NCBI RefSeq assembly: GCF_964194155.1 | Contig: NC_135886.1 | Location: forward strand, 141,236,001 to 141,300,000 | DNA from: Cetorhinus maximus | Lineage: Eukaryota | DNA: 64,000 bases | Direction: 5' to 3' | Shown: positions 1 to 12,260 of the stretch, one piece after another | Numbering within the stretch: position 1 is the stretch's first letter | How the letters are laid out: every line of letters begins with the position of its first letter | The notes under the pieces: model-generated | Databases searched by the model: none | What the model saw: the letters and a program-made list of their open reading frames with translations, nothing else | What the model was told of the DNA's origin: nothing | Translations under genes and position numbers: made by a program

Positions 1-499
1 AGCCTTGAGCCCATCATCATTGTTGTTGATATTTCTGACCTCACCCCTGAACCCTTTAATATTGATGTCCCCATGCTCCTTGTGGAGATTACACCCACCT
101 TTCTTCAGGTCACATGCACCCTGACTTTCCAGGACCACCACCCACTGCAGCCCCCCCCCCCCCCCACCCACCCGCCTCATGAGACCATATAATACCCCCA
201 CCATGACTTTCCATCTCCTCACCTGCAGATGCCTCCTCTGGCCACGACTGTGCCATCTGCCTCACAGTACAAAACCTCTAACACCCAACACCAAAATCTT
301 TAAGAGGCTGACCACACCATGTTGTGCACAACCATCACTGCCCAGAGTGGCCTTCCCCCTCCCAGGACCAGGACCAAGACGCACGCGCCGTGCAGAGCCC
401 ACGCAACCCCAGGACATTCAATTCTCTTCAATTGGTCCCCAACAGTGTGACCTCAGCTCTAGGACAGTTTCTTCCTCCTCCTTTATAAACCTAGACTCC

Positions 500-850
500 G
501 AAAACAGAATCTCGAATTCGCTGATGAAGTGAAGCTCGCCAAGTGTGCAGCACTTAAATACAGTCATGAAACAGATCATTCTAATTATCCACTGGTGGGG
601 CACTTACTTTTGGAGGGAGAATGTGATTCCAGCGAGTTGGATTTTTAAAGAGTATTCATGCTATGGAAACGAATGCACACATGGTTCCCGACGTAGACCA
701 GCGGGAAAGTCGATGTGCCTTTAGCCCATCATGAAAATCAGCAGAACAGAATTCCAAATTAATTTCCCGCCAGCAGGGAACTGACTTTTGCCATCACATC
801 AAATTTTGTGCCCCGCCCGCCACGATTCCCACGAACGGAAAATTCTGCCC
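500..850. mobile_element. Terminal segment of a PIF/Harbinger-like DNA transposon (family B)
   Basis: Ends in AAAATTCTGCCC, the TIR type seen on the Harbinger element and MITEs in this window. About 350 bp are colinear with 57260-57609 (shared GTGATTCCAGCGAGTTGG, GGTTCCCGAC, GGGAAAGTCGA, AATTTCCC). Confidence 0.6.
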
Positions 851-1017
851 ACAATGTATTTTGTATTAGTTTAACAATTACCAAGAATATAGTATGATCC
901 AGCAAGATCAAATGGCCCAGACTAAACTACTCTCAATGATCTAATCAGATGTCTCTCTGTGATCGAGTTCAACCTCATTTGCTATTCCAGACCAGATCCT
1001 GTTAAAAATCCTGTGAC

Positions 1018-1418
1018 TGGCTGGTAGCACTCATGCCTCTGAATCAGATGTCCCACTTGAGCACAGAAATCAAAGCTGACGCTCTGGCACTGTGGGGAGG
1101 TGAATGATGCACTGTCAAATTTGGGTGCCATCTTTTGGATGATACGTTAAACTGAGACCCCGGCTGCCCTCTCAGATGGACATGAAGGATCCCGTTGCAC
1201 TATTTCAAAGAAGAGCAGGGGAGTTCTCCCCAGCGTCCTGCATAATATTTATCCCTCAATTTACATCACAAAAACAGATTATCTGATCATTAGCACATTA
1301 CTGTTTGTTGGAATTTGCTATGTGCAAATTGGCTGCTACATTTCCTACTTCATTGGCAGGAAAGCACTTTGGGATGTCCTGTGATTGTGAATGGCAATAA
1401 ATAAATGCAAATCTTTCT
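1018..1418 (+). mobile_element. DeuSINE (SacSINE1/AmnSINE1-like tRNA-derived SINE)
   Basis: tRNA-like head GGTAGCACTC, Deu-domain-like core (GTTAAACTGAGACCCC...GAAGAGCAGGGGAGTTCTCCCC...TATTTATCCCTCAA) and L2-like tail (ATAAATGCAAATCTTT). About 10 other copies occur in the window. Confidence 0.75.
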
Positions 1419-2089
1419 GTCTCTCTTTTCTCTCAGCAGTCAAGCTCATCTCCCCCCTCTCTCTCTTTCTGGTCTAGATCAGTTCTCTCTCAGTGAAGAC
1501 CTGTTCCAAAACTGGTAACTTCAAGGCCAGCTGTTGACTTCTATGTTAGGTGACTCAAGCATCAGGACACAACCAGGAAGAGCAGAAAGGGAATTCCCTC
1601 AGTATTGTGGTGGAGTGTCAGCCTAGATTATGTGCTCAAATCCCTGAGGAGGCCATTTGTTCACCTCCAGTTGTTACCCAAGTAGAGCTAACTGCATAGA
1701 AAGAGAAGATCAATACTGGCGCCTACCCGTCTATAAGATTGAGCAGCAGGTGGCTAATATACTTACTCATTAAGCCATAAAGGGGATAACCAATTTGTTA
1801 TGATCCCAGCTGATGTTAACACTGGACAAGTCAGATCCCAGAGTGAAACCTAGCTTGATAGATCCTAACTTTGTTTTTTTTTAGAAACCACGGAAGAAAG
1901 TTACTGAGCAAATTCACAAGAGTTTACTGATGAACATTTAACATAAAGAATAAAACATTAATTAAACAGGGGAAAAAAATGAACTATATTACACCGGACA
2001 AAAAGGTTGAAAAAATCTCAATACAAATGCAAGAAAATGATTCAAACTCACTCTATTCATTTTGCCACAGGGTCAGGAAGATATAATAA

Positions 2090-2965
2090 TGTTATTGGAA
2101 TTTATTGTAAACTAGTGGTATCTCTTTGTGTGTGTGTGTGTGTGTGCGTGTGTATGTGTGTGTGACTTAATTGGATTAAAGGCAGCTGGTCTGACGGCTT
2201 TAGTGTATTAGAAGATAAGCTAGGTTTGAAATGTGAAGTAGGTAAACATGGGAGAAGTTTAGAATGTAAGATGTAAAAGGAGATTTGCATTCTTAAATAA
2301 ACTAGACTAGTTTGAATTCAAAAGAGGAAGTGAAATTTACACCTAACCAGCAGAAGTTAAGAAACAATGTGTTTATTTTTCCCAAAGATTATTGGTAAAA
2401 TTTGTACTATGATAATTTTTTTATAATCAGGAAGGTAAAGTCCAAAGATATAGTGAAACAATGGGGATTTGCATTCAAAGGGGAAAATATGTATAAAGGA
2501 GCAAAGGCTGTGTGTAAGGGTAGGAATTCCATGATCTAACAAGTGTGAAACACCTTCAGCATCTAAGACTCAAGCTGCTGTCTACAAAGAACTGAAGTTA
2601 AGGAAACTCACGTTGAATTAGATTGTTCAGGGTATCATGTTTCTTTACCTGGGTCTTGTAAAACCTATGTATCTTACTGTTGCCTTAGCAAAAGTGTAGC
2701 TGGGAGTTAGATTGGTTGGGGGATTTCAAAGTAATCATAGTAGTAATTTGTAGATCTATGTATGTATTTAAAATTGTTTCTTCTATTAATAAAGATTTAA
2801 TTTAGATTGATAAGAAACCTATAAGACTTGGTGGTCTCATTACTATTGAATTCAAGGCACACATTTCGAAATTTATACAAATTGCAAAAAATAGTCGTGG
2901 CAATTGTTTCAAGTTTCCCTCTGGAATTTGAACAACTCAGCATTTACCATCGCTGTGCCATAACA
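2090..2965 (+). mobile_element. Inner LTR-like sequence
   Basis: TG...TAACA ends, TATA-like GTATAAAG (~2492) and AATAAA (~2788) in U3-R-U5 order. No clean TSD. Confidence 0.35.
2126..2164. repeat. (TG)n microsatellite
   Basis: About 19 TG units with two interruptions. Confidence 0.95.
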
Positions 2966-3726
2966 CCCAGTGATATCCTTACAGGCACAAAACCCGGGGA
3001 AGATTTACCATTACTTTAACACCAAGGCTTCTTGCTTGCCTGGTCCAGTTGCAAACAGTTTTCTTTCAGCAGATTTCTGAGCATTCACAAGATGCTAGGT
3101 GCTTTTTCCCCAGCTGGTGTCTCTCCCTGAGACACCCAAAACTGCACTCTAAACTCACCTTTACTTCAACAGCAGAGCAAACACAAGTTCCCCAGCAACC
3201 TTGTCGTATTTCTTATCAGAGAGCTTAGAACGCCTGTCTTCAGTCACTGACATACACACTCTGAACTTCTCTTTCTGCCTTCCTCTGTCTTTGCGTGTGT
3301 CACTGGACCCCTGTTGCTGGGCAAGAGCACAGGTTTTTCTATCTTAATGTCTTTCCCAAATTCACTAAACTTCTAACCCTTGTTTAACTTATCTCTACAC
3401 TTCAAGGGTTGTAAAACCTCATTTAAAATTATGTATACAAACAAATCCAGGAAACCTGACCTTTTCATTAGGAGCCCCTCCACCCCCCCACCCCCTTCCT
3501 GACACCAAGCTCACAAAAAAACTAAATGAAGCTAAAAACATGTTCCACCTTTGTTAAATCAAAATATGAATTAAACTTAGTTATACATTGTTCCTAACAA
3601 AATTCAGAGTGAGAGTTCAAAGGTAACTATTCATGGGAGATTTTTAGGGAAAAATGGAAGAACTTCCATTTCTAAAATGCTATTCACAGCCTCAGGCCAT
3701 CCCAAAAACACTTCATAGCTCCATTC

Positions 3727-4130
3727 GAGGCACTTTTGCCTCAGAGTCAGAAGGTAATGGCTCAATTCCCACTCCAGAACTTGAGAACAAAAATCAATCC
3801 AACTCCAGTGCAGTCCTGAGGGAGTGCTGCACTTTTGGAGTTGCTGTCTTTCTGATGAGATGTTTATTGAGGCCACGTCTGCACTTTCAGGTGGACATAA
3901 AAGATCCTAAGGCACTATTTCAAAGAAAAGCAGTGGATTTATCTCCTCTATCCTGACCAATATGTATCGCTTGATCAACATTGCAAAAGCAGACTATATG
4001 GTCAATATCATGTTGCTGTTTGTGGGATCTTGCTACACAAATTGGCAGCTGTGTTTCTTACACCAGCGATTATACTTCAAAAGCACTTCAATGCCTGTAA
4101 AACACATTACCTGATCCAGTTGTCATGAAA
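3727..4130 (+). mobile_element. DeuSINE copy
   Basis: GCACTTTTGCCTCAGAGTCAGAAGG head and GGTGGACATAAAAGATCC...GCACTATTTCAAAG Deu core; aligns with 1018-1418. Confidence 0.75.
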
Positions 4131-4649
4131 GCAGCAACAGTAATGGATGTCTCACTTTTTCTATTCTTATTTTCACAGACAATGAAGTACTTTTTGAAGC
4201 ATAGTTACAGCTGAGGAACTGTGTGTAGCCAATTTGTGCACAGTAAGCTCCCACATATATCCATGACCTGGATTTTCCTGTCAGCAGTGAAGCGTTGGCA
4301 GTTGCCACTGACTGTACCACAAGATCCGAAACTTACCTTGTCTGTACTCTACAACCGGAACTTTCTTTTCATGCTTCAGCTGAGCATGACATCGGGATAA
4401 TCAGCAAAGGACCCCAGCGTTTGCTGGTGTCGCCATGCCCCCAATGATATCAAAAGCTGAAGACCTGCCCTTGAGGCCAGTCTTCAGGTTAACGACTGCC
4501 AATTTTTCTATTATGTTTTAAAATATTTTAAAGCAGCTCATTGTTTTAGCAGGACATTTTTTTAAAGTGTTGTAAACCTTTAGACACTTTTATTTATAAC
4601 AGTTTTAAAAATCTGCCAGAGTCAGTCCCTCAGCTATCAACATCACCTA

Positions 4650-4945
4650 GCTCCTCTCTCCTACCAACACTCTGCTGCTCTCCGCATTCCCCCTCTCTCT
4701 GCCAACTCCTCTCCACCCGGATCTCTCTCACTCCTCCGGCTCCTCTCCCTCTGCTCCCTCCTCTCCTCCGATTGTTTTCCCTTGGCTCCTCTAACCCCAC
4801 CGCCCCAGCACCTCCTCACTTCTCCTCTCCCCCAGCTCTCTTCTCCCCCCCTCCCCCCTCTCCCCCAGCTCCTCTCCCCTGGCTCCTTTCCCCCAGCTCC
4901 TCTCCCTTGGCTCCTCTCCCCCAGCTCCTCTCCCCTGCTCCCTCT
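4650..4945. repeat. Pyrimidine-rich degenerate minisatellite (CTCCTCTCCCCCAG-like units)
   Basis: Repeated CCCAGCTCCTCTCCCC motif; almost purine-free on the + strand. Confidence 0.85.
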
Positions 4946-4959
4946 GGGCCCATGTTTTA

Positions 4960-5935
4960 TAATGACCAGGTACTGAGGCAGGGTGTGCAGGAGTCCAGCA
5001 CGGACTTTGACTCCATTATTAAAACCTTTGGCACCTATTTTAGCCTGAATCAAAATTCAGTAATTGAACGAGCACATTTTAACCAGCGCCTGCAATGACC
5101 TGGGTATCCACAGTGAAAACCTCTTGACTTTCTGCAGATCAAAAATGATCTAACTTTGGATCAAGTGGTCTAGTATGCGAGGCAGGCCAAGCTTAGAGCA
5201 TTTAATTAGGCTATAATTCGGGACGACTCTGAGGCTTCACATGACCCTGAAGGTTTGGCAGGCCCACGGACAGTGGCCCCACCCACAAGAAAGCCGATGA
5301 AATTAAGTAAAAGGGCAGGAAACTCCACACCAGTGGCCATCTTGAGATGCGTTGTGGCATGAAAACTCAGCATAGACACTCTGCAGGGGGTGTGGAATGC
5401 CTCCAGTGCAGCAAAACTGGACAGTGCAGCAAAACTGGACAGTGCAGCAAAACTGGACAGTGCAGCAAAACTGGACATTTCAAGTGTTTCTGCAAATCCA
5501 GCAATTTTAATCAAAGTCAAAGACCAGAAAGTATTTCTGAAACACATTCCATTCAAAAAATAGAAAGTCAAATAAAAGATGAAATTACAGAGTTCCTAGG
5601 GGAAGTTGATAGTCTTAACCTAGGCTACTAGTCAGTTACAGTGTTTTGATACTACTTTTAAAATTGATACTGGAGCTGCTGTTAACATACTAGTAGGTGA
5701 TCTCGACTGGCTTTGGCCAGTGACCCTTCATCCATCAGACATCAAATTACAAGGTCCAGGTGAAATAGACCCTCCAATTAAAGGCAGGGTTATTGCTCCT
5801 CTTAGCTACGAAGGGTGACAGATTGTTGATTCTTTCTATCTTCTTCGCAATCAACAAACATCCTTATTGAGTGGTGATGTTGGCGTACTTTTAGGGAGTC
5901 TTAAAAAATACAGATGATGCTCATCATTTGAACGA
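4960..5935 (+). pseudogene. Decayed Ty3/Gypsy LTR-retrotransposon gag-protease fragment
   Basis: Gag-like FGTYFSLNQNSVIERAHFNQRLQ, CCHC zinc knuckle (C..CSKTGHFKCFC) and aspartyl protease motif FKIDTGAAVNIL at ~5657. Several stops and frameshifts. Confidence 0.8.
5404..5477 (+). repeat. 18-bp perfect tandem repeat x4 (CAGTGCAGCAAAACTGGA)
   Basis: Four identical head-to-tail units encoding QCSKTG. Confidence 0.95.
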
Positions 5936-5974
5936 CTCCCTGTCCAAGGGAGAAGAACACATCTCAGAACACCA

Positions 5975-6345
5975 TCCACCAGCCAAAATATTCATTCCTC
6001 GCAACACTGCCATACAGTGGCAGCAAGGTGCACTGCAGCAACTCACCAAGTTGCTTCAACTGCACCTTCCAAACCCATGACCTCTACCATCTAGAAGGAC
6101 AAGGTGGTGCATGGGAACACCACCACTTGCAAGATCCCCTTGAAGCCACGCACCATCCTGACTTAGAACTATATCGCTGTTCCTTCACTGTTGCTGGGCC
6201 AAGATCCTGGAGCTCTTTCTCTAACTGACACCACATGGACTGAAGTTTCAAGGAGGTGGCTCACCACCACCTTCTCAAGGGTATAAGGGATGGGCGATAA
6301 ATGCTGGCCTCACCAGCAATGCTCACATCCCATGAACAAATGAAA
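5975..6345 (+). mobile_element. 3' end of CR1-group LINE (same family as 17125-18820)
   Basis: Aligns with 18410-18817, including GGGAACACCACCAC...GCTCACCACCACCTTCTCAAGGG...AAATGCTGGCC...CATCCCATGAA. Confidence 0.8.
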
Positions 6346-6859
6346 ACAAAGGTGAATGCTCATGCTACCTATTTGTTTGCTGAAGTGTTTTGAATCTGTT
6401 CAACTTCGAGAAGTTCCTCATTGGTCCAATTCAGGTGATATAAGATTGCAAATTTAATTTAGATCACTTTTCTAGTGAGCAACTCCATTAAGAACTGATG
6501 AAAACTGTGCAATAAAAAATGAGTCAATTCGAAAGACAGTTGAGGTTGAGATTCGTGACCCTCTAATCACAGGATTATTATCTAAGTGCTAAGTGGGTTG
6601 AGCTAATTTGCTTCATCACTGGGATAAATTGGATAATTGGAATGTCGCGTGTTAGTAGACAGCTAGGTATTACTAGATCAGAACAAATCAGTGCAAAGGT
6701 ATTTTAGAATGAAGATGAGTTTATAAATGTAACTCTCAGCTCAAGAAACTTAACAAATGCTTCAAGTGAAAGAGTGCACAAATATTGAGGAATAATAGCA
6801 CAAAATTAATAATTTCAGACATGATGTGTGCAGAGTGTAACTTGCGAGGAACGGGTGAC

Positions 6860-7424
6860 TTTGGATCAATGGTTCCCAAAGCTCTCCAGCACTGGAGGTT
6901 CTCCGTACCTCAGGCATGATTTTCCCATGTGCTTCAGGAGCCTGAAGTCAGGAGCAAAAGGAGCCCCAAGCCTGCACTTGCCAGTAAGAAGGCCGGTGTT
7001 GAAATCCTCCCAGAGATGACCTCCTAATTAACCACCTCCATGCTCACCATCCTTATTAAGGATGGTAGGTGGTCTCCCAATGCTGATGGCCGATTCAGAG
7101 GGCTGACAGCTCTGGACCCTCAGCAGCCCCATTGGGAGAGGAGGGCACTGTGGAGGCAAGTTGGGGACCACGATATTGAGGTGGGATCCACGTTGACACT
7201 GGCAACATGATGGTGAGGCCACAAAAATGCCCTATTGGCACTTAAGAATGCTAATTTACTGCCTGCCTCCATGGAGCAGTCAACTGATCCATTTCCCAGT
7301 CCGCCTTTGGGAAACTTTCCTAGCAGCGGAATTTGCCAGGGATCCATCTCAATTCTATCGCTCCTCTACTATTTTCCTGGTCCTTCCACCTCCAAACTCC
7401 CATTCAGGGCCGAAAATTCAGCCC
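6860..7424. mobile_element. Probable Harbinger-type non-autonomous element fragment
   Basis: GC-rich block ending in TIR-like AAAATTCAGCCC; left end not found. Confidence 0.35.
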
Positions 7425-7439
7425 CACATGTCTGAGTCA

Positions 7440-8560
7440 GTGTAAGACTAATGCCACAGTACCAAAACAGCTCTTATCAAAGTCACAAGTGACATCCTAT
7501 GCAACTGTGACAAAGGTAAACTTTCCTTCCTCTTCCTTCTTGACTTGTCTGCAGCCTTTGACATGGCTGACCACACCATCCTCCTCCAATGCATCTCCAC
7601 TGTTGTCCAGCTGGGTGGGACAGCACTCACCTGCTTCCATTCTTATTTTTCTAATTGTAGCCAGGGAGTGACTTTCAATGGTTTCTCTTCCTGCTCTTGT
7701 ACCATGACCTCTGATGTCTCCCAAAGATCAATGCTCAGCCCCCTTCTCTTTCTCATCTAAATGCTCCCCCCCACCACCGGTAACATCATCTCAAGACACA
7801 GTGTTAGTCTTCAAATGTACGTTGATGACACCCAGCCCTAGCTCAGCACCACCTCTCTTGACTCCTCCACGGTTGCTAAATGATCAGACTGCTTATCCGA
7901 CATCAGTACTGACGAATAGAAATTTCCTCCAGTTAAGTATTGGGAAGACTGAAGCCATTGTGTTTCACCCTCACTCCAAACTCCATTCTCAAGCTGCTGA
8001 TTCCATCCTTCTCCCTAGTGACAGTCTGAGATTAAGCTAATCTTTTGCAACCTTTGGTGTCACATTTGATCATAAGATGAGCTTCCAATCTCATAGTCAT
8101 GCTATCTCTAAGACTGCCTGTTCCACATCTATAATATCGCCTGACTTCCCTCCTGTCTCAGCTCATCTGTTGCTGAAACCCTTATTCCTGCCTTTGTTAC
8201 CTCCAGACTCCATTATTCCAACACACTCCTGGCTGGCCTTCCACATTCTACTCTCTGTAAACTTGAAGCATAGAAAACCCTGTGTCTTAACTCGCATCAA
8301 GTCCTGTTCCCCCATCATCCCTGTGTTCACTGACCTTCACTGGTTCCCGGTCAAGCAACGTCTTGATATTAAAATTCTCATCCTTGTTTTCAAATCCCTT
8401 CTTGGCCTCACACCTCCCTATCTCTGTAACCTCCTCCAACCCCACAAGTTTCTGAGATATCTGCACTCCTCTAATTCTGGTATCTTGTGCATCCTCAATT
8501 ATAATTGCTATACCCTGGCAGTCCCTTCAAGGCCCCAAGCTCTGGAATTCCCTCGCTACA
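7440..8560 (+). mobile_element. L2 LINE fragment (RT domain to C-terminus)
   Basis: LLDLSAAFDMADHTILLQ, QLSIGKTEAIVF and LHWFPVKQRLDIKILILVFKSLLGLTPPYL are typical L2 ORF2 motifs. Frameshifted. Confidence 0.9.
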
Positions 8561-8838
8561 CCTGTAAGCAGCCATTGTCCCTCGAGATTCCAGCTTTTCC
8601 GCCATCCCCACAGAAAATTCACTGGCTCAGCTGTTGGATATGACTCATAACCCTTACCTGGGCCTGAGGTGACTCACAAAAGGGCAAAGATGACCACCCT
8701 CTGAGGTTTCAAACGGCCCCGCTAACTAAGCTTTTCAGTATATGTTGTAATTGATTATTCTTCATTTGCAAACCTAGAGAATGAGCATCCGCAGACTGTT
8801 TGACCATGAGGTGCATCACAGCTGATCTTCACAAGTGG

Positions 8839-9690
8839 TAAAAGCAAAAATACTGCAGGTGCTAGGAATCTGAAATAAAAACAGAAAGTACTGGAAAACC
8901 TCAGCAGGTCTGGCAGCATCTGTGGCGAGAGAAACAGGATTAACGTTTCGAGTCCATATGACTCTTCACACCTGAAGAGAGGCAGAAATGTGATGGATTT
9001 TTTACTGTTGAAGAGGGGGTGAGGTGGGGCAAAATAGTGGGAACTTAGGACTTAGGAAAGATTTGATAAAGATGTCACGGAAGACAAAGGAAGCATTAAT
9101 GATAGTGCTAAAGACTAAAGATGTGCTAATGGTGTCCTAAAGGTCAGATAACAGAATGGTGTTAATAGCAGAACAAGAGTCAGCACTCTCTCAAAACAAA
9201 ACTTAAGAACAAGTTACAGACTGGGCCTGGAGATGGTGGGGGGTGAGAGGGAGAAATTCATAAAAATGATCAAATGGAGTTCAGAGTTCAAGGCCTGAAG
9301 TTGTTGAACTCAATGTTAAGTCCGGAAGGCTATTAAGTGCCTAATTGGAAGATGAGGTGCTGTTACTCCAGTTTACGTTGGGCCTCACTGGAACATTGCA
9401 ACAGGCCAATGACGAAAATGTGGGCATGTGAGCAAGATAGTGAATTGAAATGGCAAGCAACAGGAAGGTCAGGGCCATGCTTAAGGACTGAGTGAAGGTG
9501 TTCCGCAAAGCGGTCACCCAGTCTGTGTCTAGTCTCCCCAGTGTAGAGGAGACCGCATTGAGAACAGTGTATACAGTAGACCAAATTGAAGGAGGTGAAA
9601 GAAAAGCGCTACTTTATCTGGAAGGTGTGTTTGGGGCCTTGGATGATGACGAGGGAGGAAGTTAAGGGGCAGGTGTTACACCTCCAGTCA
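8839..9690 (-). mobile_element. Penelope-like element family 1, 3' part (GIY-YIG endonuclease, 3' UTR/pLTR)
   Basis: ORF 9363-9584 VYCIHCSQCGLLYTGETRHRLGDRFAEHL is a PLE-type GIY-YIG. The pLTR has an HHR-like remnant GAGTC-ATATG-GACTC-GAAACGTT at ~8942-8965 on the minus strand. Confidence 0.85.
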
Positions 9691-9799
9691 CACTCAGGAC
9701 TCCTCCCGCAACTCTTTTTCTGGTAAATATATCGGTGCCATTCCCTGCCCACTTCTGGAGCTAGAAAAATTTATCGATTTTGGATGGAGGGGTGAATGT

Positions 9800-9915
9800 T
9801 AGAAATCTTCCCTGCTGTTCTTCGGCCAATGTCATGGGATCTTCAATGTCCACCTGAGAGGGCAAACTCTGTTATTATCTCATCCAAAAACTGACCCCTT
9901 GGACAGTGCTGGAAC
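9800..9915 (-). mobile_element. DeuSINE fragment
   Basis: CATGGGATCTTCAATGTCCACCTGAGAGGGCA is the reverse complement of the Deu core. Confidence 0.6.
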
Positions 9916-10099
9916 AATAACAACTTGCGTTGATATAGTGCCAGCGGAGCAGGGGAAAGGATCATGGGGTGACTTGTGATAAGCCAGTATGATGCTAAAC
10001 AGAATAGTCGGACAGGAAGACTTTGTGAAAGGGAAAAATACTTTCCATAGTGAGCCAAGTTCCAATCAAAGTCAAGATGTCAGTCACAATTGTCCATCA

Positions 10100-10370
10100 A
10101 AAACTGGAATTAAAAAAAGCTAGTCTCAGTTATGATGACCATGAAACTGTTGCTGGTTGTTGTAAAAACCCATCTGGTTCACTAATGTCCTATAGGGAAG
10201 GAAATCTGACGTCCTTACCTGGATGAGCCTACGTGTGACTCCAGACCCAAAACAATGTGATTGACTCTTATTAACCCTCTGAAATGGCCGAGCAAGTCAC
10301 TCAGTTCAATGGCATCGCCGTGTCGAAATGCTGCCATCACAGCGATGTCCACATCCCTCAAAAGATTAAA
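10100..10370 (+). mobile_element. Second SINE family (tail shared with the CR1-group LINE)
   Basis: Core AAAACCCATCTGGTTCACTAATGTCC..AGGGAAGGAAATCTG..GTGACTCCAGACCC also occurs at 37460-37835 and 57612-57838. Confidence 0.7.
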
Positions 10371-10689
10371 TAATTTTTTTTAAAAAACACGAGGACCCAA
10401 AATTCTTTGAATGGCTGAGACGATGAGCTCGGCTGAAATTAACTCAAAATCTCATTAGCATAAGACCGGAAAATTACGACTGACATAAAATAAATGGAGA
10501 TAAACGTAAGCAATCGGAAATGAACATGCCCCAACATTACACCAAATTCTTCCTTCAAACCCCTCTTGATCCACTTGAAACCATCAAATCATCATTTCTG
10601 TCCATGGGGCACATGCCAGGAAATCCATCTGCGCACATTTTTGGGCTTAGTATCAGTTCTGCACAGTCAATGAGGACCACTCACAAAAT

Positions 10690-11015
10690 CCATTGATCTC
10701 AGTCTTCAAAGCTCCAATTGACTTGCCAACATCAACAACCTTTCTGGGGAGAGAATTCCAGAATTTCACCATCCTCCTTGTGCTTCCACTCCTCTGTGTT
10801 TTCACTCCTAAATGCCTCGCTGTAATTTTAAGAGAATGCCCCCTTGTTCTGCACTGCCCACCAGAGGAAATTGTTCCTCTCATTCTACTCTATCAAATTC
10901 CTTTATCCTTTTAAACCCTTGATTCTCCTCAAACCTTTTACCTCGAGGCGATACAAGTCTACAAGAATACGAAACTATGCAACCTGGCCTCATAATTAAT
11001 CCATTAAGTCCCGGC
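10690..11015 (-). mobile_element. CR1 LINE 3' fragment
   Basis: TRGHSLKI...KFWNSLPRKVVD C-terminal CR1 motif (ORF 10653-10883). Confidence 0.75.
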
Positions 11016-11204
11016 ATTTGTTATGAAATCCATTCATTCTGTGTGTTATGTAAATTAGCAGTATGTGGAGATTGTAACATTCAAAGTACAGGATGCTTGT
11101 TACATTTGACCCTGCTTAGTGACAAGGGCGGAACCCTCTTGGAGTGTTTTGATAGGTCACCAGAATTTGTAGGATTTTCCACGGGTGATATTTATCCAGG
11201 GATT

Positions 11205-11890
11205 TAAAGTGTCTGCTGTATGTTGTCCATGTCTCTGACTCATACGGGAAGGCAGGTAGCACTAAACCCTGTAGACCATGAGCTTGGTGCTGGGTTTGAG
11301 GTCTTTGTCACCAAACACTCTTTTCCTCAGACAGCTGAAGGCTGCGCTGGCACACTGGGGGCAGTGTTGAGTTTCATTGTCGATGTCTGCCCTCACTGAT
11401 AGGTCACTCCCAAGGTATGAGAAATGATCCATGTTGTCCAATGATTCGCCGTGGATCTTGATAGTTTGGGGGGCAGTGTTGCACAGCAGGGGCAGGCTGG
11501 TAGAGGGCTTTTGTCTTTCAGATGTTTAGCCTAAGGCCCATTCTTTCATACACCTCCATGCATGAGTCGATGATAGATCGGAGCTCGGTCTCTGAGTGTG
11601 TGCATAGGCAAGCGGCGCCAGCACACTGCAGCTCGATGACAGAGGTTGGGGTGATCTCGGTTCTGGAATGGAGGCGGTGTAGGTTGAATAGTTTCCCACT
11701 CATCCTGTTAGAGTAGCTTCACTCCGGCGGGGCAGCTTCATGGAGATGGGGTGGAGTGTTACAGCGAGGAACATGGGAAAGAGATGATGTGATGACATAG
11801 CCTTGCTTGACTCCAGTTTGCACTCGTATTGGGTCTGTGGCAGGTCTGTTGTTAAGGATCACGGCTTGCATGTCAATGTGCAGAATACAA
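11205..11890 (-). mobile_element. RTE-clade LINE RT fragment
   Basis: PIRVQTGVKQGYVI and SGKLFNLHRLHSRT...VIELQCA (decayed YADD region) are RTE-type motifs. Confidence 0.85.
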
Positions 11891-11894
11891 GGCA

Positions 11895-12260
11895 AGCATT
11901 GACCAGGAGGGCAGAGTAAACCTGTCTGGAGTGTCCTCACTGAAAAAATGCAACATTCCCACTGATATGTGGGAATCTCTTGCTTGAGATCACCCAAACT
12001 GGAGAAGAAGCTCCTGCGAAGGTGCCAACCATTTCGAACATCTCTAACAGGCCCTGGTGGAGGCCAAGTGCAAACAGAGGAAGTAGTGTCCCAAAATCCT
12101 AACATGAAACCCACCTCAACAAACACCACCTACCCCACCTGTGGCAGAGTGCGCGGATCCAGCATTTGGACATTTTAGTCACCTCAGGACCCACAACCCC
12201 GGAGTGGAAGGAAGCCACCCTCGGTTGTGAGGGCCTGTCTAAGAAGAGGAGGAAGAAGAT
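11895..12260 (+). mobile_element. RTE-clade LINE 3' end (opposite orientation to the adjacent RT part)
   Basis: C-terminal PTCGRV.GS..G..SH-like zinc-finger remnant, short 3' UTR and (GAA)-rich tail AAGAAGAGGAGGAAGAAG. Confidence 0.65.

Larger units (their letters stand above)
1796..3599. mobile_element. Solo-LTR-like element, apparently carrying a nested LTR-like insert
   Basis: TGTTA...TAACA inverted termini, flanked by CAATT/AAATT (5-bp TSD with one mismatch). No coding capacity. Confidence 0.5.

Noticed and set aside
179-532. 117-aa ORF
   Set aside because: C-rich interior of a putative DNA transposon; no recognisable motif.
4661-5098. Overlapping ORFs of 108-130 aa
   Set aside because: Mostly a pyrimidine tract; only the last ~40 aa of the plus frame are Gypsy gag remnant.
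5404-5477. Short direct repeats as a CRISPR array
   Set aside because: Units are head-to-tail with no spacers, there are no cas genes and the context is eukaryotic.
8077-8643. 188-aa ORF as a host gene
   Set aside because: Frameshift mosaic of the L2 ORF2 C-terminus.
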